Below are positions 36,488 to 48,519 of a DNA stretch of 64,000 nucleotides, piece after piece. Numbering within the stretch: position 1 is the first letter of the stretch; every line of letters starts with the position of its first letter. The stretch spans positions 24,569 to 88,568 of the forward strand of contig CAZUPK010000098.1 of assembly GCA_964622255.1 (NCBI GenBank), read 5' to 3'. The translations under genes and the position numbers were made by a program. The notes beneath the pieces are model-generated. The model ran no database searches and was not told the origin of the DNA. It saw nothing but the letters and a program-made list of their open reading frames with translations. The stretch is from an uncultured Campylobacterales bacterium (GTDB lineage Bacteria > Campylobacterota > Campylobacteria > Campylobacterales > QNZT01).

Positions 36488-36561
36488 AAAAGTAACTTAT
36501 TAACTCTATAAAATAATATTTTAGTAAAATCTTAAAATACCAAACTAGTTAAGGAGAATAA

Positions 36562-39150
36562 ATGGGTCTTATTGAAGATTATAAACAACATACAAAAGAG
36601 AGAGCTAAACTTGGTGTTCCACCACTTCCGCTTACAAAGAAGCAGGTTGCAGAACTTGTAAAGCTTTTAAAGCAAGATCCTATACCAGAAGAGGATTATC
36701 TTTTAGATTTACTAAAAAATAGAATAAATCCGGGTGTTGATGATGGAGCTTATGTAAAAGCAGCTTTTTTAAATGCCATAATAGTAGGTGATGCACACTG
36801 TAAAGCTATAGATAGAGTAGATGCGGTTAAGATACTAGGAACTATGCTTGGTGGATACAATGTTGGACCGCTAGTAGAGGCACTTAAGCACCAAGATGTT
36901 GCAGTAGCTCAAGCAGCAGCAGATGAACTTAAAAATACTATACTTATTTATGATAGTTTTAATGATGTAAAAGATCTTATGGATGAGGGTAATTCATTTG
37001 CTAAAGAGGTTATAGAGTCTTGGGCAAGTGCTGAGTGGTTTTTAAATAAATCGGAGTTTGAAAAAGAGATAACAGTAGTAGTATATAAAGTTCCAGGAGA
37101 GACAAATACAGATGATTTAAGTCCGGCAAGTGAAGCATTTACAAGAAGTGATATACCTTTACATGCAAATTCTATGCTAGTAGCAAGGATAGAAAAACCT
37201 CTTGAGACTATGGCAGAGCTTAAGAAAAAAGGGTATCCTTTAGCATATGTTGGAGATGTTGTTGGAACAGGTTCTAGTAGAAAGTCAGGTATAAACTCCG
37301 TTCAGTGGCATATAGGTAGAGATATTTTGGGGGTTCCAAACAAAAGAACAGGCGGAGTTGTTATCGGTTCTATCATTGCTCCTATCTTTTTTAATACTGC
37401 TGAGGACAGTGGGTGTCTTCCTATAGAGGCTCCGGTAGATCAGCTTGAAACTGGTGATGTTATAACTATAAAACCGTTTGAGGGTGTGATAGAAAAAGAT
37501 GGAAAAGTTGTAAGTGAGTTTAAACTAAAACCAAATACACTTCCAGATGAGATGAGAGCAGGGGGGAGAATTCCACTTATCATAGGAAAAGGACTTACAG
37601 CAAAAGCAAGAGAGGCTTTAGGACTTGGTGCTACTGATGTTTTTATGACCCCTAAGCAACCTAAAGGTGATGATAGCGGTTATACTTTAGCTCAAAAGAT
37701 AGTTGGAAAAGCTTGTGGATTAGAGGGAGTAAAACCTGGTATGTATGTTGAGCCTAGCACAACAACTGTTGGTAGTCAAGATACAACAGGACCTATGACA
37801 AGAGATGAGATAAAAGAGTTGGCAGCACTTACTTTTGGTGCAGATATGGTTATGCAAAGTTTCTGCCACACTGCAGCTTATCCAAAACCGGCAGATATCG
37901 AACTTCAACATACACTGCCGGATTTTTGGAGTAGTAGAAAGGGTGTTATACTAAGACCAGGTGATGGAGTTATACACTCGTGGTTAAATAGACTTTGTCT
38001 TCCTGACACGGTTGGAACAGGAGGAGACTCCCACACAAGATTTCCTATAGGTATAAGTTTTCCTGCAGGTTCAGGTTTGGTTGCATTTGCCGCAGTTACA
38101 GGTATGATGCCTCTTACTATGCCGGAGTCTGTTTTAGTTAGATTTAAAGGTGAAATGCAACCGGGTGTAACTCTAAGAGATCTTGTAAATGCTATTCCTT
38201 ATCAAGCTATAAAAGATGGACTTTTAACAGTTGAGAAGAAGGGTAAGAAAAATATCTTCGCAGGTAGAATCTTAGAGATAGAGGGACTTGAAGACCTAAA
38301 ATGTGAACAAGCTTTTGAGCTTAGTGATGCTAGTGCTGAAAGAAGTGCGGCAGCTTGCACGGTTAAACTAAACAAAGAGCCTATCATAGAGTATTTAGAA
38401 TCAAACATCGCTCTTATAGAAGAGATGATAAAAGCCGGTTATCAGGATGCTAAAACTTTGCAAAGAAGAGCAGATAGGATGAGGGAGTGGTTGAAAAATC
38501 CGGAACTTTTAGAAGCTGATAAAGATGCAAAATATGTAGCAGTTATCGAGATAAATCTCAACGAAATAACAGAACCTATTTTAGCTTGTCCAAATGACCC
38601 CGATGATGTTGCAACACTAAGTGAAATCTTAGCTGATCCAAAAAGACCTACAGAAAAAATCGATGAAGTATTTGTTGGAAGTTGTATGACAAATATTGGT
38701 TTGTTTAGAGCTTTAGGAGAGGTTTTAAAAGGTGAAGGACAGGTAAAATCAAGACTATGGATAGCTCCTCCTACAAAAATGGATGAGATAACTCTAAGAG
38801 AGGAGGGCTATTATGCGATATTTGGACAAGCCGGAGCTAGAACTGAGATACCGGGATGTTCACTATGTATGGGTAATCAAGCAAGAGTTGCAGATGGTGC
38901 CATAACTTTTTCAACTTCAACAAGAAACTTTGACAATAGACTTGGAAAAGATGCTCAGGTTTATTTAGGAAGTGCAGAAGTTGCAGCAGTTACAGCACTC
39001 CTTGGAAGACTTCCAACTAAAAAGGAATATTTGGAGATAGTAAGCAAAAAAATAAAACCTGATGTGAAAGATAATGTTTACAGATATCTAAACTTCCATA
39101 AGGTAAATAGTGAAAGCTTAAAAAGTATGGTTACAGCAGGTATGCTATAA
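36562..39150 (+). CDS. acnB: aconitate hydratase 2 / 2-methylisocitrate dehydratase (AcnB type)
   Basis: 862 aa. N-terminal HEAT-like plus swivel domain arrangement typical of AcnB. Fe-S ligand region GSCMTN and [11 protein letters not shown]. Confidence 0.9.
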   Translation: MGLIEDYKQHTKERAKLGVPPLPLTKKQVAELVKLLKQDPIPEEDYLLDLLKNRINPGVDDGAYVKAAFLNAIIVGDAHCKAIDRVDAVKILGTMLGGYNVGPLVEALKHQDVAVAQAAADELKNTILIYDSFNDVKDLMDEGNSFAKEVIESWASAEWFLNKSEFEKEITVVVYKVPGETNTDDLSPASEAFTRSDIPLHANSMLVARIEKPLETMAELKKKGYPLAYVGDVVGTGSSRKSGINSVQWHIGRDILGVPNKRTGGVVIGSIIAPIFFNTAEDSGCLPIEAPVDQLETGDVITIKPFEGVIEKDGKVVSEFKLKPNTLPDEMRAGGRIPLIIGKGLTAKAREALGLGATDVFMTPKQPKGDDSGYTLAQKIVGKACGLEGVKPGMYVEPSTTTVGSQDTTGPMTRDEIKELAALTFGADMVMQSFCHTAAYPKPADIELQHTLPDFWSSRKGVILRPGDGVIHSWLNRLCLPDTVGTGGDSHTRFPIGISFPAGSGLVAFAAVTGMMPLTMPESVLVRFKGEMQPGVTLRDLVNAIPYQAIKDGLLTVEKKGKKNIFAGRILEIEGLEDLKCEQAFELSDASAERSAAACTVKLNKEPIIEYLESNIALIEEMIKAGYQDAKTLQRRADRMREWLKNPELLEADKDAKYVAVIEINLNEITEPILACPNDPDDVATLSEILADPKRPTEKIDEVFVGSCMTNIGLFRALGEVLKGEGQVKSRLWIAPPTKMDEITLREEGYYAIFGQAGARTEIPGCSLCMGNQARVADGAITFSTSTRNFDNRLGKDAQVYLGSAEVAAVTALLGRLPTKKEYLEIVSKKIKPDVKDNVYRYLNFHKVNSESLKSMVTAGML

Positions 39151-39176
39151 TCTTTAAAATGTTTTTTAGTATAATT

Positions 39177-39205
39177 CTCCTATGCCTTTTTTTGGGGCAT
39201 AGGGG
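39177..39205 (+). other. 10-bp hairpin between acnB and mltG overlapping the mltG ribosome-binding site
   Basis: CTCCTATGCC (39177-39186) pairs with GGCATAGGGG (39196-39205) around a T7-containing loop. The TATAAT at 39170-39175 lies just upstream. Confidence 0.3.
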
Positions 39206-40159
39206 ATGTATATGAGAAAAATCTTAAAATATTTTTTTAATTTTGTATTTTTAGTTTTAATCTCTTTGTTGTTCTTTTATTTTTACTTACACGACTATCT
39301 TAAAACTACTATTCGAAATCCAAAGATAGTTTATATTCCAAAAGGTTCTACCAAAAGTGTATATGAGTATTTTGTAAAAAAAGGTTATGGCTTAAATCTT
39401 ATTGATTACTATATTATAAAATATAAAGGCTATCCACAAGCCGGTTGGATAGATGTAAAAGAGGAAAATCTCTCAAGATGGGATTTTTTTTACAAAATTA
39501 CACACTCTCGTGCTATGGAAATAAATATAACTATAGTTCCTGGTGAGACAACAGAGATAGTTTTAGAGCAATTAGCCAAAAAATATAGTTTAAGTGTTAC
39601 AAAACTACACACTTTTTATAAAGAATTTGCACCATATCCAGAAGGAGTAATCATTCCAGAAACTTACACTTACTATAAAGGGATAGATGAGAAAAAGTTA
39701 ATAAAACTTTTACTTTCTTCATCTTTAAAAAGGCATAAACTGCTATCAAAAAAATTGTTAGATTATTATAAAGAGGATGAATGGTTTAAAAAATACATAA
39801 CTATAGCTTCTATCATACAAAAAGAGTCTGCAAATAAAAAGGAGATGTCAAAAATATCAGCAGTTATCTACAATCGCCTAAAAAAAGGGATGAAATTACA
39901 AATGGACGGCACTTTAAACTATGGAAAAAACTCTCATAAAAAGGTTACTCCAAAGCAAATAAGAGATGATAACAGCAGTTTTAACACATATAAAATAAAG
40001 GGTTTACCTCCATATCCTGTGTGTATTGTAGAAAAAAGTGCTGTTATAGCAGCGGTAAAACCGGATAAAAATGACTACCTATATTTTGTAAAAAAAGATA
40101 AAAATTCACACTATTTTTCTAAAACATATAAAGAGCATAAGAAAAATATAAAAAGATAA
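39206..40159 (+). CDS. mltG: endolytic murein transglycosylase (YceG family)
   Basis: N-terminal TM helix. ITIASIIQKES..AVIYNRL..GM.LQ.DGTLNYG is the YceG signature region. The start may be the ATG at 39212. Confidence 0.75.
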   Translation: MYMRKILKYFFNFVFLVLISLLFFYFYLHDYLKTTIRNPKIVYIPKGSTKSVYEYFVKKGYGLNLIDYYIIKYKGYPQAGWIDVKEENLSRWDFFYKITHSRAMEINITIVPGETTEIVLEQLAKKYSLSVTKLHTFYKEFAPYPEGVIIPETYTYYKGIDEKKLIKLLLSSSLKRHKLLSKKLLDYYKEDEWFKKYITIASIIQKESANKKEMSKISAVIYNRLKKGMKLQMDGTLNYGKNSHKKVTPKQIRDDNSSFNTYKIKGLPPYPVCIVEKSAVIAAVKPDKNDYLYFVKKDKNSHYFSKTYKEHKKNIKR

Positions 40160-40276
40160 GTGTGTAAAAATGAAACACTTTTTTTATGCTTTTTTTTAAT
40201 GCCTTTGCTTTCATAAAACTTAAAATACTAACTTGATAAGATAATGTAATGAAAATATACATCGTAAGGAGATTTA

Positions 40277-42451
40277 ATGGCAAAGATTTTGTGGTCAAAA
40301 ATAGATGAGGCACCAGCACTAGCTACTTATTCGCTATTTCCGATAGTAAAAAAGTTTATAAATAGTGCAGGAGTTGATATAGAACAAGCTAATATATCAC
40401 TTGCAGGAAGAGTTTTAGCTGCTATGGGTAAAGGAGAAGATGAGTTAGCAAAACTTGGTGAGTTAGTTTTAAAACCAGAAGCAAATATCATAAAACTACC
40501 AAATATTTCAGCTTCTATTCCTCAACTAAAAGCATGTATTGCTGAACTTCAAGAGCATGGATTTGATATACCTGATTTTCCAGAAGATCCTCAAACAGAT
40601 GAGGAAAAAGAGCTTAGAGTAAAATATGCAACTTGTCTTGGAAGTGCGGTAAATCCGGTTTTAAGAGAGGGTAACTCGGATAGAAGAGCAGCAGTTGCAG
40701 TTAAAAAGTTTGCTCAAAAAAATCCTCATAAATTAAAGCCTTTTGACAAAAATTGTAAAGCTTATGTTGCACATATGGACAAAGGTGATTTTTATGAAAA
40801 TGAAAAATCAATTATCACAGAAAAAGATGATACTCTAAGTATAGAGTTAAATGGAAAACAATTAACTACTATGGATGTTGAAAAAAATGATGTTGTATCA
40901 TCATCTTTTATGAGTGCCAAAGAGTTGAGTGAGTTTTTGAAAAAAAGTGTTGAAGATGCTAAAGAAAAAGATCTTCTATGGTCATATCATTTAAAGGCTA
41001 CTATGATGAAGGTTAGTGATCCTATTATGTTTGGTCACGGTGTTAAAGTTTTCTTCAAAGAGGTTTTTGATAAATATGCAGATGAATTTGAAAAACTTGG
41101 AGTAAATCCTGATCTTGGTATCGGTGATCTTCTTAAAAAGATAGAAAAATCAGACAAAAAAGATGAGATAAAAGCTGATATAGAAAAAATCATCAAAGAG
41201 GGAAAACCAAATATCGCTATGGTTGATAGTGATAACTTGATAACAAATCTTCACTTTTCAAACAATATCATCATAGATGCTTCTATGCCACCGGTTATTA
41301 GAGAGGGTGGGAAGATGTGGAATAAAGATGGTCAGTTACAAGAGTGTGTAGCTGTTATCCCTGATAGAAGTTATGCAACTATGTATAGTGAGATTGTGGA
41401 GGATTGTAAAGAAAACGGACAGTTTGATGTTGCTACTATGGGACATGTATCAAATGTTGGTTTGATGGCTAAAAAAGCTGAAGAGTATGGCTCTCATCCA
41501 TTTACTTTCAAAGTTAGCGAAGATGGGAAAATGGAAGTAAAGAATAGTAGTGGAGATGTTTTAATAAGTCATAATGTTAAAAAAGGTGACATTTGGAGAG
41601 CTTACAGAGCTAAAAATGTTGCTGTAAAAGATTGGGTAAGACTTGCAGTTGAGAGAGCTAGACTAACCAAAGATCCTGCAATTTTCTGGTTAGATGAAAA
41701 TAGAGCTCACGATAAAAGCTTGATAGAGTTAGTTAAAAAGTATTTAGCTAAACACGACATAGATGGTTTAAATATAGAGATAATGGCTCCAAGAGAGGCT
41801 ATGGCTTATACACTAGCTAGAACTAGAAAGGGATTAAATACTATCAGTGTTACAGGAAATATTCTAAGAGACTATTTGACAGATCTTTTCCCTATCTTAG
41901 AGCTTGGAACAAGTGCTAAGATGTTATCTATTGTTCCACTGCTTGCTGGAGGAGGACTTTTTGAAACCGGTGCTGGTGGTTCAGCTCCAAAACATGTTGA
42001 GCAGTTTTTAAAAGAGGGACACTTAAGATGGGATAGTTTAGGAGAGTTCTTGGCACTAGCAGAGAGTTTAAGAATGATCTATAACCAAACAAATGATAAA
42101 AAAGTTAAAGCTATGCTTGATGCACTAGATAAAGCAAATGAGGCATATCTTGATAACAATAAAGCTCCAGGAAGAAAGGTTGGACAACCTGACAATAAAG
42201 CAAGTCATTTTTACTTAGCTATGTATTGGGCTGATGCTTTAGCAAATCAGACAGAGGATAAAGAACTTGCTGAAAAGTTTGCTCCTGTTGCAAAAGCTTT
42301 AAAGGAAAATGAAGACAAAATCATAGAAGAACTTCTTACAGTAGAAGGAAAAGCACAAGATATAGGTGGTTACTTTCATCTAGATGATGCTAAGGCTGAA
42401 AAAGCTATGAGACCAAGTAGCACTTTAAATAGTATCATTAACTCTATATAA
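40277..42451 (+). CDS. icd: monomeric NADP-isocitrate dehydrogenase
   Basis: 724 aa, colinear with the monomeric IDH family (about 740 aa) and not the dimeric 420-aa type. Confidence 0.9.
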   Translation: MAKILWSKIDEAPALATYSLFPIVKKFINSAGVDIEQANISLAGRVLAAMGKGEDELAKLGELVLKPEANIIKLPNISASIPQLKACIAELQEHGFDIPDFPEDPQTDEEKELRVKYATCLGSAVNPVLREGNSDRRAAVAVKKFAQKNPHKLKPFDKNCKAYVAHMDKGDFYENEKSIITEKDDTLSIELNGKQLTTMDVEKNDVVSSSFMSAKELSEFLKKSVEDAKEKDLLWSYHLKATMMKVSDPIMFGHGVKVFFKEVFDKYADEFEKLGVNPDLGIGDLLKKIEKSDKKDEIKADIEKIIKEGKPNIAMVDSDNLITNLHFSNNIIIDASMPPVIREGGKMWNKDGQLQECVAVIPDRSYATMYSEIVEDCKENGQFDVATMGHVSNVGLMAKKAEEYGSHPFTFKVSEDGKMEVKNSSGDVLISHNVKKGDIWRAYRAKNVAVKDWVRLAVERARLTKDPAIFWLDENRAHDKSLIELVKKYLAKHDIDGLNIEIMAPREAMAYTLARTRKGLNTISVTGNILRDYLTDLFPILELGTSAKMLSIVPLLAGGGLFETGAGGSAPKHVEQFLKEGHLRWDSLGEFLALAESLRMIYNQTNDKKVKAMLDALDKANEAYLDNNKAPGRKVGQPDNKASHFYLAMYWADALANQTEDKELAEKFAPVAKALKENEDKIIEELLTVEGKAQDIGGYFHLDDAKAEKAMRPSSTLNSIINSI

Positions 42452-42455
42452 CCTT

Positions 42456-42473
42456 AGAGGGATTTTTCCCTCT
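42456..42473 (+). terminator. hairpin after icd (AGAGGGA-TTTT-TCCCTCT)
   Basis: Perfect 7-bp stem 5 nt after the icd stop. The downstream T run is weak. Confidence 0.35.
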
Positions 42474-42510
42474 TAAATCTACGAAAATTTTTTAAATCTA
42501 AAGGAGAACA

Positions 42511-43488
42511 ATGAAAGGAACAAGAGTAGGAATAGTTGGAGCTGGAAATGTTGGTGCGACAGTTGCATACTCTCTAGCTATGAAGGGTATTTGTCACGAG
42601 ATAATACTTCGTGATAATAATATGGACAGAGCAAAAGGAATGGCACTTGATATGAGTCAAGCTGCAAATGCTGCAAGATCACATACAGTTGTGAGTGTTG
42701 CAAATGATATGAGTGAATTAACTGATTGTGATGTTGTAGTCATAACTGCAGGAAGCCCTAGAAAACCCGGTATGAGTAGGGATGATCTTTTGATGATAAA
42801 TGCAAACATTATGAAAGAGGTTGTTACAGATATAAAAAAATACTCTTCAAATGCCATTTTGGTTCCTGTTTCAAATCCCCTTGATGCTATGGTTTATACT
42901 GCTATAAAGGTTAGTGGTTGGCCAAAAGAGAGAGTAGTTGGAATGGCAGGAATCTTAGATAGTGCTAGAATGGCTCATTTTATATATGAAAAACTAAAGC
43001 AAAAAGACCCAGAGGGTATAGGTTATGCAGCAGGGCAAATAAGAGCTAGTGTTTTAGGTGGTCACGGAGATGATATGGTTCCGCTTCCAAAATACTCAAC
43101 TATCGCAGGAGTTGCTTTAACCGATCTTTTAACTGACGAAGAGATAGAAGAGGTTGTAGAAAAGACTAGACATGGTGGAGCAGAGATAGTAGGATATCTA
43201 AAAACTGGTTCAGCTTATTATGCACCTGCAAAAGCAACTTCACTTATGGTAGAGGCTATCGTAAAAAATACAAAGCAGATATTCCCTTGTGCAGTGCAAC
43301 TTGGTGATGAATACGGAAAAGAGTATGAAGGTATAGTAAATGGAGTTCCTGTAATACTTAGTTCAAAAGGTGCAGAGAGAATTATACCTGTAGAGTTAAG
43401 TGATGAGCAAAAAGAGCAGTTTGATAGAAGTATAAAGTCAGTTAAACAATTGATAGATACTTTAGAAAACAATAAATTTTTTGATTAA
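42511..43488 (+). CDS. mdh: malate dehydrogenase (LDH-like family)
   Basis: GAGNVG Rossmann motif, [23 protein letters not shown]. Confidence 0.9.
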   Translation: MKGTRVGIVGAGNVGATVAYSLAMKGICHEIILRDNNMDRAKGMALDMSQAANAARSHTVVSVANDMSELTDCDVVVITAGSPRKPGMSRDDLLMINANIMKEVVTDIKKYSSNAILVPVSNPLDAMVYTAIKVSGWPKERVVGMAGILDSARMAHFIYEKLKQKDPEGIGYAAGQIRASVLGGHGDDMVPLPKYSTIAGVALTDLLTDEEIEEVVEKTRHGGAEIVGYLKTGSAYYAPAKATSLMVEAIVKNTKQIFPCAVQLGDEYGKEYEGIVNGVPVILSSKGAERIIPVELSDEQKEQFDRSIKSVKQLIDTLENNKFFD

Positions 43489-43500
43489 AAAGGGGATGAT

Positions 43501-44352
43501 ATGAGAGAGTTAGCATATGAAGATGTAGTTGATGCTATAAAGAAGATGATTATTCATACAGCTTACAATCTTCCTAAAGATGCTTTAAAAAAGATGGAAG
43601 AGGCTTATGAAAAAGAAAAGTCTCCAGTTTCAAAAGAGGTTTTAAAACAACTTTTAGAAAATGCCCGTATAGCAAGAGAAGAAGATAGACCGCTTTGTCA
43701 AGATACAGGACTTGCAGTATTTTTCATAAAAGTTGGTGAAGATCTTAAGATAAAAGGTGGAACTTTAAAGGATGCTATCAATGAAGGAACTGCAAAAGGT
43801 TATGAAAAGGGATATTTAAGGGCATCAACTTGTGAACCTTTTAGTAGAGCAAACTTAAAGGATAAGATAGGATATAACCTTCCAGCTATCATTCACTTTG
43901 ATTTAGTAGAGGGTGATAAACTTGATATTGAGTATGCCGCAAAAGGCGGTGGTAGCGAAAATGTTAGCCGTGCAAAAGTTTTTCCTCCAGCAGCAGGAAA
44001 AGAGGGAATCATAGAGTTTGTAAAAGAGGTTATCTCTGATGCAGGTGGAAATCCTTGTCCTCCTTTAACTGTTGGAATCGGAATTGGTGGAACATTTGAA
44101 AAAGCGGTTATATCTAGTAAACATGCATTATTTAGAGAGCTAGGAAGTAAAAATGAAGATCCTGAATTGGCAGAGCTTGAAAAAACTATAAAAACTGAAC
44201 TCAACAAACTCGGTATTGGTTCTATGGGTATGGGAGGAACCCAAACGGTTCTTGGAGTGCATATAGAGGCAAATCCTTGTCATATTGCTAGTCTTCCGGT
44301 TTCGGTAAATGTTCAGTGTCATAGTTCAAGACATACACATATAGTATTATAG
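43501..44352 (+). CDS. class I (Fe-S) fumarate hydratase, alpha subunit
   Basis: 283 aa. CQDTG motif and the GIGIGG region of the FumA/TtdA N-terminal-domain family. Confidence 0.85.
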   Translation: MRELAYEDVVDAIKKMIIHTAYNLPKDALKKMEEAYEKEKSPVSKEVLKQLLENARIAREEDRPLCQDTGLAVFFIKVGEDLKIKGGTLKDAINEGTAKGYEKGYLRASTCEPFSRANLKDKIGYNLPAIIHFDLVEGDKLDIEYAAKGGGSENVSRAKVFPPAAGKEGIIEFVKEVISDAGGNPCPPLTVGIGIGGTFEKAVISSKHALFRELGSKNEDPELAELEKTIKTELNKLGIGSMGMGGTQTVLGVHIEANPCHIASLPVSVNVQCHSSRHTHIVL

Positions 44353-44361
44353 GAGAAAGTC

Positions 44362-44916
44362 ATGGCAACATACAATTTAACAACTCCACTAACTGATGAG
44401 GATATAGAAAAGCTAAAGTGTGGTGATACTGTAAATTTGAGTGGAACAATATATACAGCAAGAGATGCTGCACATAAAAGGCTTGTTGAACTTATAGCAG
44501 AGGATAAAGAGTTACCTTTTGATTTACAAGGAAGTGTTATCTACTTTGTAGGACCAACTCCTCCAAAACCAGGGGACCCTATAGGAAGTGCCGGACCTAC
44601 AACAAGCTATAGAATGGATAGTTATTCTCCAACCTTAATAAAACATGGGCAAAAAGGTATGATAGGTAAGGGTAAAAGAAATATGGAGGTTAGAGAGGCT
44701 TGTAAAAAGTATAAAGCTGTTTACTTTGGTGCAACCGGAGGTGCAGGAGCACTTCTTGGAAAACTGATAAAATCAGCTGAAGTTATAGCATATCCAGAAC
44801 TAGGTCCTGAAGCGATAAGAAAGTTAGAGGTTGAAAACTTCCCTGTAACTGTGGTAAACGACATGTATGGTTGTGATCTATATGAAGAGGGAAGAAAACA
44901 GTATGAAGTGAAGTAG
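44362..44916 (+). CDS. class I (Fe-S) fumarate hydratase, beta subunit
   Basis: 184 aa. GTIYTARDAAHKR and MIGKGKR motifs of the FumA C-terminal/TtdB family. Confidence 0.85.
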   Translation: MATYNLTTPLTDEDIEKLKCGDTVNLSGTIYTARDAAHKRLVELIAEDKELPFDLQGSVIYFVGPTPPKPGDPIGSAGPTTSYRMDSYSPTLIKHGQKGMIGKGKRNMEVREACKKYKAVYFGATGGAGALLGKLIKSAEVIAYPELGPEAIRKLEVENFPVTVVNDMYGCDLYEEGRKQYEVK

Positions 44917-44979
44917 TTAGTAGTTTTAAACTGGACTTTGTTCAGTTTAAAAATAAAAATAGAAGGAGGAAAACAATAG

Positions 44980-46152
44980 ATGAATATACATGAGTATCAA
45001 GCAAAAGAGATATTTCAAAAGTATGGTGTTCCAACACCAAAGGGTAAAGTTGCTTTTTCAGTAGAAGAAGCGGTTGAAAATGCGAAAAAATTAGGTGGTC
45101 CTATTTGGGTTGTAAAAGCTCAAATCCATGCAGGAGGTAGAGGACTTGGTGGTGGAGTGAAACTTGCTAAGTCTATTGAAGAGGTTGAGAAGTTAGCAGG
45201 AGAGATACTTGGTATGACTCTTGTTACTCATCAAACAGGACCAGAAGGAAAACTTGTTCAAAAGATATACATAGAAGATGGAGTTGATATACAAGATGAG
45301 TTTTATCTCGGTATGGTTTTAGATCGTGCTAAAGAGATGCCGGTTATGATGGCTTCAACTGAAGGTGGTATGGAAATAGAAGAGGTTGCTTCAAAAACTC
45401 CTGAAAAAATCATAAAAGTAGCTATCGATCCTACTATCGGTTTTCAAGCTTTTCATGCAAGAGAGTTGGCATTTGGACTTGGACTTCCAAAAGAGCAACA
45501 AGGAACTTTCTTTAAGTTTGCAAAAGCTTTATATGATGTATATATGGATAACGATGCTGAACTTATCGAGATCAACCCACTAGTTAGAACAGGTCAAGGT
45601 GAGTTTATAGCTCTTGATGCAAAGATGGGATTTGATGACAATGCACTGTATAGACATCCTGATATTGAAGCTATGAGAGATGAGAGTGAGGAGGATCCGG
45701 ATGAAAAAGAGGCAGGTAAATATGGACTTAGCTATGTTGCACTAGATGGTGAGATAGGTTGTATGGTAAATGGTGCTGGACTTGCTATGGGAACTATGGA
45801 TACTATAAACTATATGGGTGGAACACCTGCAAACTTTTTAGATGTTGGTGGAACTGCAAATGCCCAGACTGTTGCAAAAGGTTTTGAGATAATCTTAAAG
45901 AATCCAAATGTAAAGGCTATCTTTGTAAATATTTTTGGTGGAATTGTTAGATGTGATAGAATTGCAAGCGGTATTTTAGAAGCTACTAAAAAGGTAAATG
46001 TAAATGTTCCGGTAGTTGTAAGACTTGATGGAACAAATGCACTTGAAGCTGCCGAGATACTAAAAAATGCAGATATAAAAAATGTCATACCGGCTGAGGA
46101 TTTAGCTGATGGTGCTAAAAAAGCTGTTGCGGCTATTAAAGGAGAGTTATAA
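44980..46152 (+). CDS. sucC: succinyl-CoA synthetase beta subunit
   Basis: [11 protein letters not shown]-terminus, ATP-grasp domain, [14 protein letters not shown]. Confidence 0.95.
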   Translation: MNIHEYQAKEIFQKYGVPTPKGKVAFSVEEAVENAKKLGGPIWVVKAQIHAGGRGLGGGVKLAKSIEEVEKLAGEILGMTLVTHQTGPEGKLVQKIYIEDGVDIQDEFYLGMVLDRAKEMPVMMASTEGGMEIEEVASKTPEKIIKVAIDPTIGFQAFHARELAFGLGLPKEQQGTFFKFAKALYDVYMDNDAELIEINPLVRTGQGEFIALDAKMGFDDNALYRHPDIEAMRDESEEDPDEKEAGKYGLSYVALDGEIGCMVNGAGLAMGTMDTINYMGGTPANFLDVGGTANAQTVAKGFEIILKNPNVKAIFVNIFGGIVRCDRIASGILEATKKVNVNVPVVVRLDGTNALEAAEILKNADIKNVIPAEDLADGAKKAVAAIKGEL

Positions 46153-47024
46153 TGAGTATTTTAGTAAATAAAGATACAAAAGTTATTGTTCAAGGTTTTA
46201 CAGGTAAAGAGGGTAGTTTTCATGCTGAGCAGTGTTTGGTTTATGGAACAAAGATTGTAGGTGGAGTTACTCCAAATAAAGGTGGACAGACTCATCTTGG
46301 TAAACCTGTTTTTAATACAGTTAAAGAGGCAGTAAATGCAACTGGAGCTACAGTCTCTATGATATTTGTTCCACCTGCATTTGTCGCAGATGCAGTTATG
46401 GAAGCAGCGGGTGCTGGAATAGAACTTGCAGTTATCATCACTGAAGGTGCTCCTGTAAAAGATATGGGTATGGCAAAAGCTTATGCTACAAAATATGGTA
46501 TGAAGACCATAGGACCAAACTGCCCGGGTATCATCACTGCCGAAGAGTGTAAAATAGGTATTATGCCAGGACAAGTATTTAAAAAGGGTAATGTTGGACT
46601 TATAAGTAAGTCTGGAACCCTAACTTATGAGGGAGCAAATCAAGTTGTTAAAGAGGGTTATGGTATTACAACAGCTGTTGGTATCGGTGGAGATCCTATT
46701 ATAGGACTAAGTTATAAACAGCTTTTACCTATGTTTGAAGCTGATCCTGAGACTGAAGCTATTGTTATGATAGGTGAGATTGGTGGAGATTTGGAGATAC
46801 AAGCTGCAAAATTTATAAAAGAAAATATCACAAAACCGGTTGTTGCATTTATTGCAGGTCAAACTGCTCCTAAAGGTAAAAGAATGGGACATGCCGGAGC
46901 AATAGTTAGTGGAAGTGCAGGGACTGCAAAAGAGAAGATGGATGCACTAGAAAAAGCAGGAGTAAAAGTTGTAGTAAGTCCTGCAGATATAGGTAAAGCG
47001 GTAGCAGAAGTTTTAAAAAAGTAA
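46152..47024 (+). CDS. sucD: succinyl-CoA synthetase alpha subunit
   Basis: VQGFTGK.G, GPNCPG and MGHAGAI (phosphohistidine loop). Confidence 0.95.
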   Translation: MSILVNKDTKVIVQGFTGKEGSFHAEQCLVYGTKIVGGVTPNKGGQTHLGKPVFNTVKEAVNATGATVSMIFVPPAFVADAVMEAAGAGIELAVIITEGAPVKDMGMAKAYATKYGMKTIGPNCPGIITAEECKIGIMPGQVFKKGNVGLISKSGTLTYEGANQVVKEGYGITTAVGIGGDPIIGLSYKQLLPMFEADPETEAIVMIGEIGGDLEIQAAKFIKENITKPVVAFIAGQTAPKGKRMGHAGAIVSGSAGTAKEKMDALEKAGVKVVVSPADIGKAVAEVLKK

Positions 47025-47043
47025 ATCTAGTAAAGGAGATATA

Positions 47044-47367
47044 ATGGCTGATAATATTATGCCAGCACCAGAAAATACACCGGTGTGGGTTGATATAAGT
47101 AGATGTAAAGCTTGTGATATATGTGTTGATGTTTGCCCAGCAGGAGTTTTAGCTATGGTTGTATCAGATCAAACTATTTTGGGATCAACTATCAGTGTTC
47201 AAGTTCCAGAAGCTTGTATAGGTTGTAACGATTGTGAACTTCACTGTCCAGATTTTGCTATCTATGTAGCAACAAGAAAAGAGTATAAGTTTGCAAAACT
47301 TACAAGTGAAGCTAAAGAGAGAGCTGAGAAGATAAAAGCAAATAACTATATGGCACTAAGTGCATAA
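47044..47367 (+). CDS. oorD: 2-oxoglutarate:acceptor oxidoreductase delta (2x[4Fe-4S]) subunit
   Basis: CKACDICVDVCP and CIGCNDCELHCP. First gene of an oorDABC arrangement, as in Campylobacter and Helicobacter. Confidence 0.8.
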   Translation: MADNIMPAPENTPVWVDISRCKACDICVDVCPAGVLAMVVSDQTILGSTISVQVPEACIGCNDCELHCPDFAIYVATRKEYKFAKLTSEAKERAEKIKANNYMALSA

Positions 47368-47376
47368 GGAGAGAAT

Positions 47377-48519
47377 ATGGCAAGAGAGATAGTATCAAGT
47401 GGTAACTCATTGTGTGCATTGGCTGCATATGATTGCGGTTGTGAATTTTTCGGTGGGTATCCTATCACACCTTCAAGTGAGATAGCTCACGATTTAAGTG
47501 TTTTACTTCCTAAAAAGGGACATAAGTTTATCCAGATGGAAGATGAAATAGCTGGAATCTCTGCAGCTCTTGGAGCTAGTATGAGTGGTAAGATGGCTAT
47601 GACTGCAACAAGTGGACCGGGGATAAGTCTTAAAGCTGAGCAAATAGGTTTAGGTTTTATAGCAGAAACTCCTCTAGTTATAGTAAATGTTATGAGAGGT
47701 GGACCCTCAACAGGACTTCCAACAAGAGTTTCTCAAGCAGATATTGGACAAGCAAAATATCCAACTCACGGAGACTATGCATCTATAACTTTATGTCCTG
47801 GAAGTTTAGAAGAGTGTTATACTGAGACAATAAGAGCTTTTAATTTAGCTGAAAAGTATATGACTCCTATTTTTGTTTTACTTGATGAAACTATCGGACA
47901 TATGCATGGAAAAGCTGTTTTACCTGATCTTGAAGAGGTGGAAAATGCAGTAACAAGAAGAGCAGAATATACCGGAGATCCAGCTGATTATAGGCCTTAT
48001 GAAGCACAGATGAATAAACCTGCTGTATTAAATCCTTTCTTTAAAGGTTACAGATATCATATAACAGGACTTCAGCACGGACCTACAGGTTTTCCAACAG
48101 AGGATAAAGATATGTGTGCATATAATATAAAAAGACTTGTTGGAAAAATTCAAGAGGTAGGAAAGTTAGATGATAAACCTGATTATGAAGAGTTTATGTT
48201 AGATGATGCAGAGGTTTGTATGATAGCTTATGGAAGTATCTCCAGAGGTGCGAAAGAGGCTGTTATGAAGTTAAGAGAAGAGGGTATAAAAGCTGGACTT
48301 TTCAGACCTATTATGCTTTGGCCTAGTCCTGCTGAAAAGATAAAAGAGATTGGTGAGAGATTTGAAAAAATCTTTATAACAGAGCTTAACCAAGTTGGTC
48401 AATATACTGAAGAGATAGAAAGAATCACAGGTAGAAAAGACTTTGCAACTTTAAGGACTGCAAATGGGAGACCTATACCACCACTAGATATGGTAGCAAA
48501 AGTAAAGGAGATGTTCTAA
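47377..48519 (+). CDS. oorA: 2-oxoglutarate:acceptor oxidoreductase alpha subunit
   Basis: 380 aa, 2-oxoacid:ferredoxin oxidoreductase alpha family (GYPITPSSE, TSGPG). Confidence 0.9.
   Translation: MAREIVSSGNSLCALAAYDCGCEFFGGYPITPSSEIAHDLSVLLPKKGHKFIQMEDEIAGISAALGASMSGKMAMTATSGPGISLKAEQIGLGFIAETPLVIVNVMRGGPSTGLPTRVSQADIGQAKYPTHGDYASITLCPGSLEECYTETIRAFNLAEKYMTPIFVLLDETIGHMHGKAVLPDLEEVENAVTRRAEYTGDPADYRPYEAQMNKPAVLNPFFKGYRYHITGLQHGPTGFPTEDKDMCAYNIKRLVGKIQEVGKLDDKPDYEEFMLDDAEVCMIAYGSISRGAKEAVMKLREEGIKAGLFRPIMLWPSPAEKIKEIGERFEKIFITELNQVGQYTEEIERITGRKDFATLRTANGRPIPPLDMVAKVKEMF

Noticed and set aside
44925-44951. Perfect 9-bp AT-rich inverted repeat TTTAAACTG/CAGTTTAAA between the fumarase beta gene and sucC.
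   Set aside because: The stem is of low stability, there is no T run, and there is no motif match. It could be a weak attenuator but is not distinguishable from chance.
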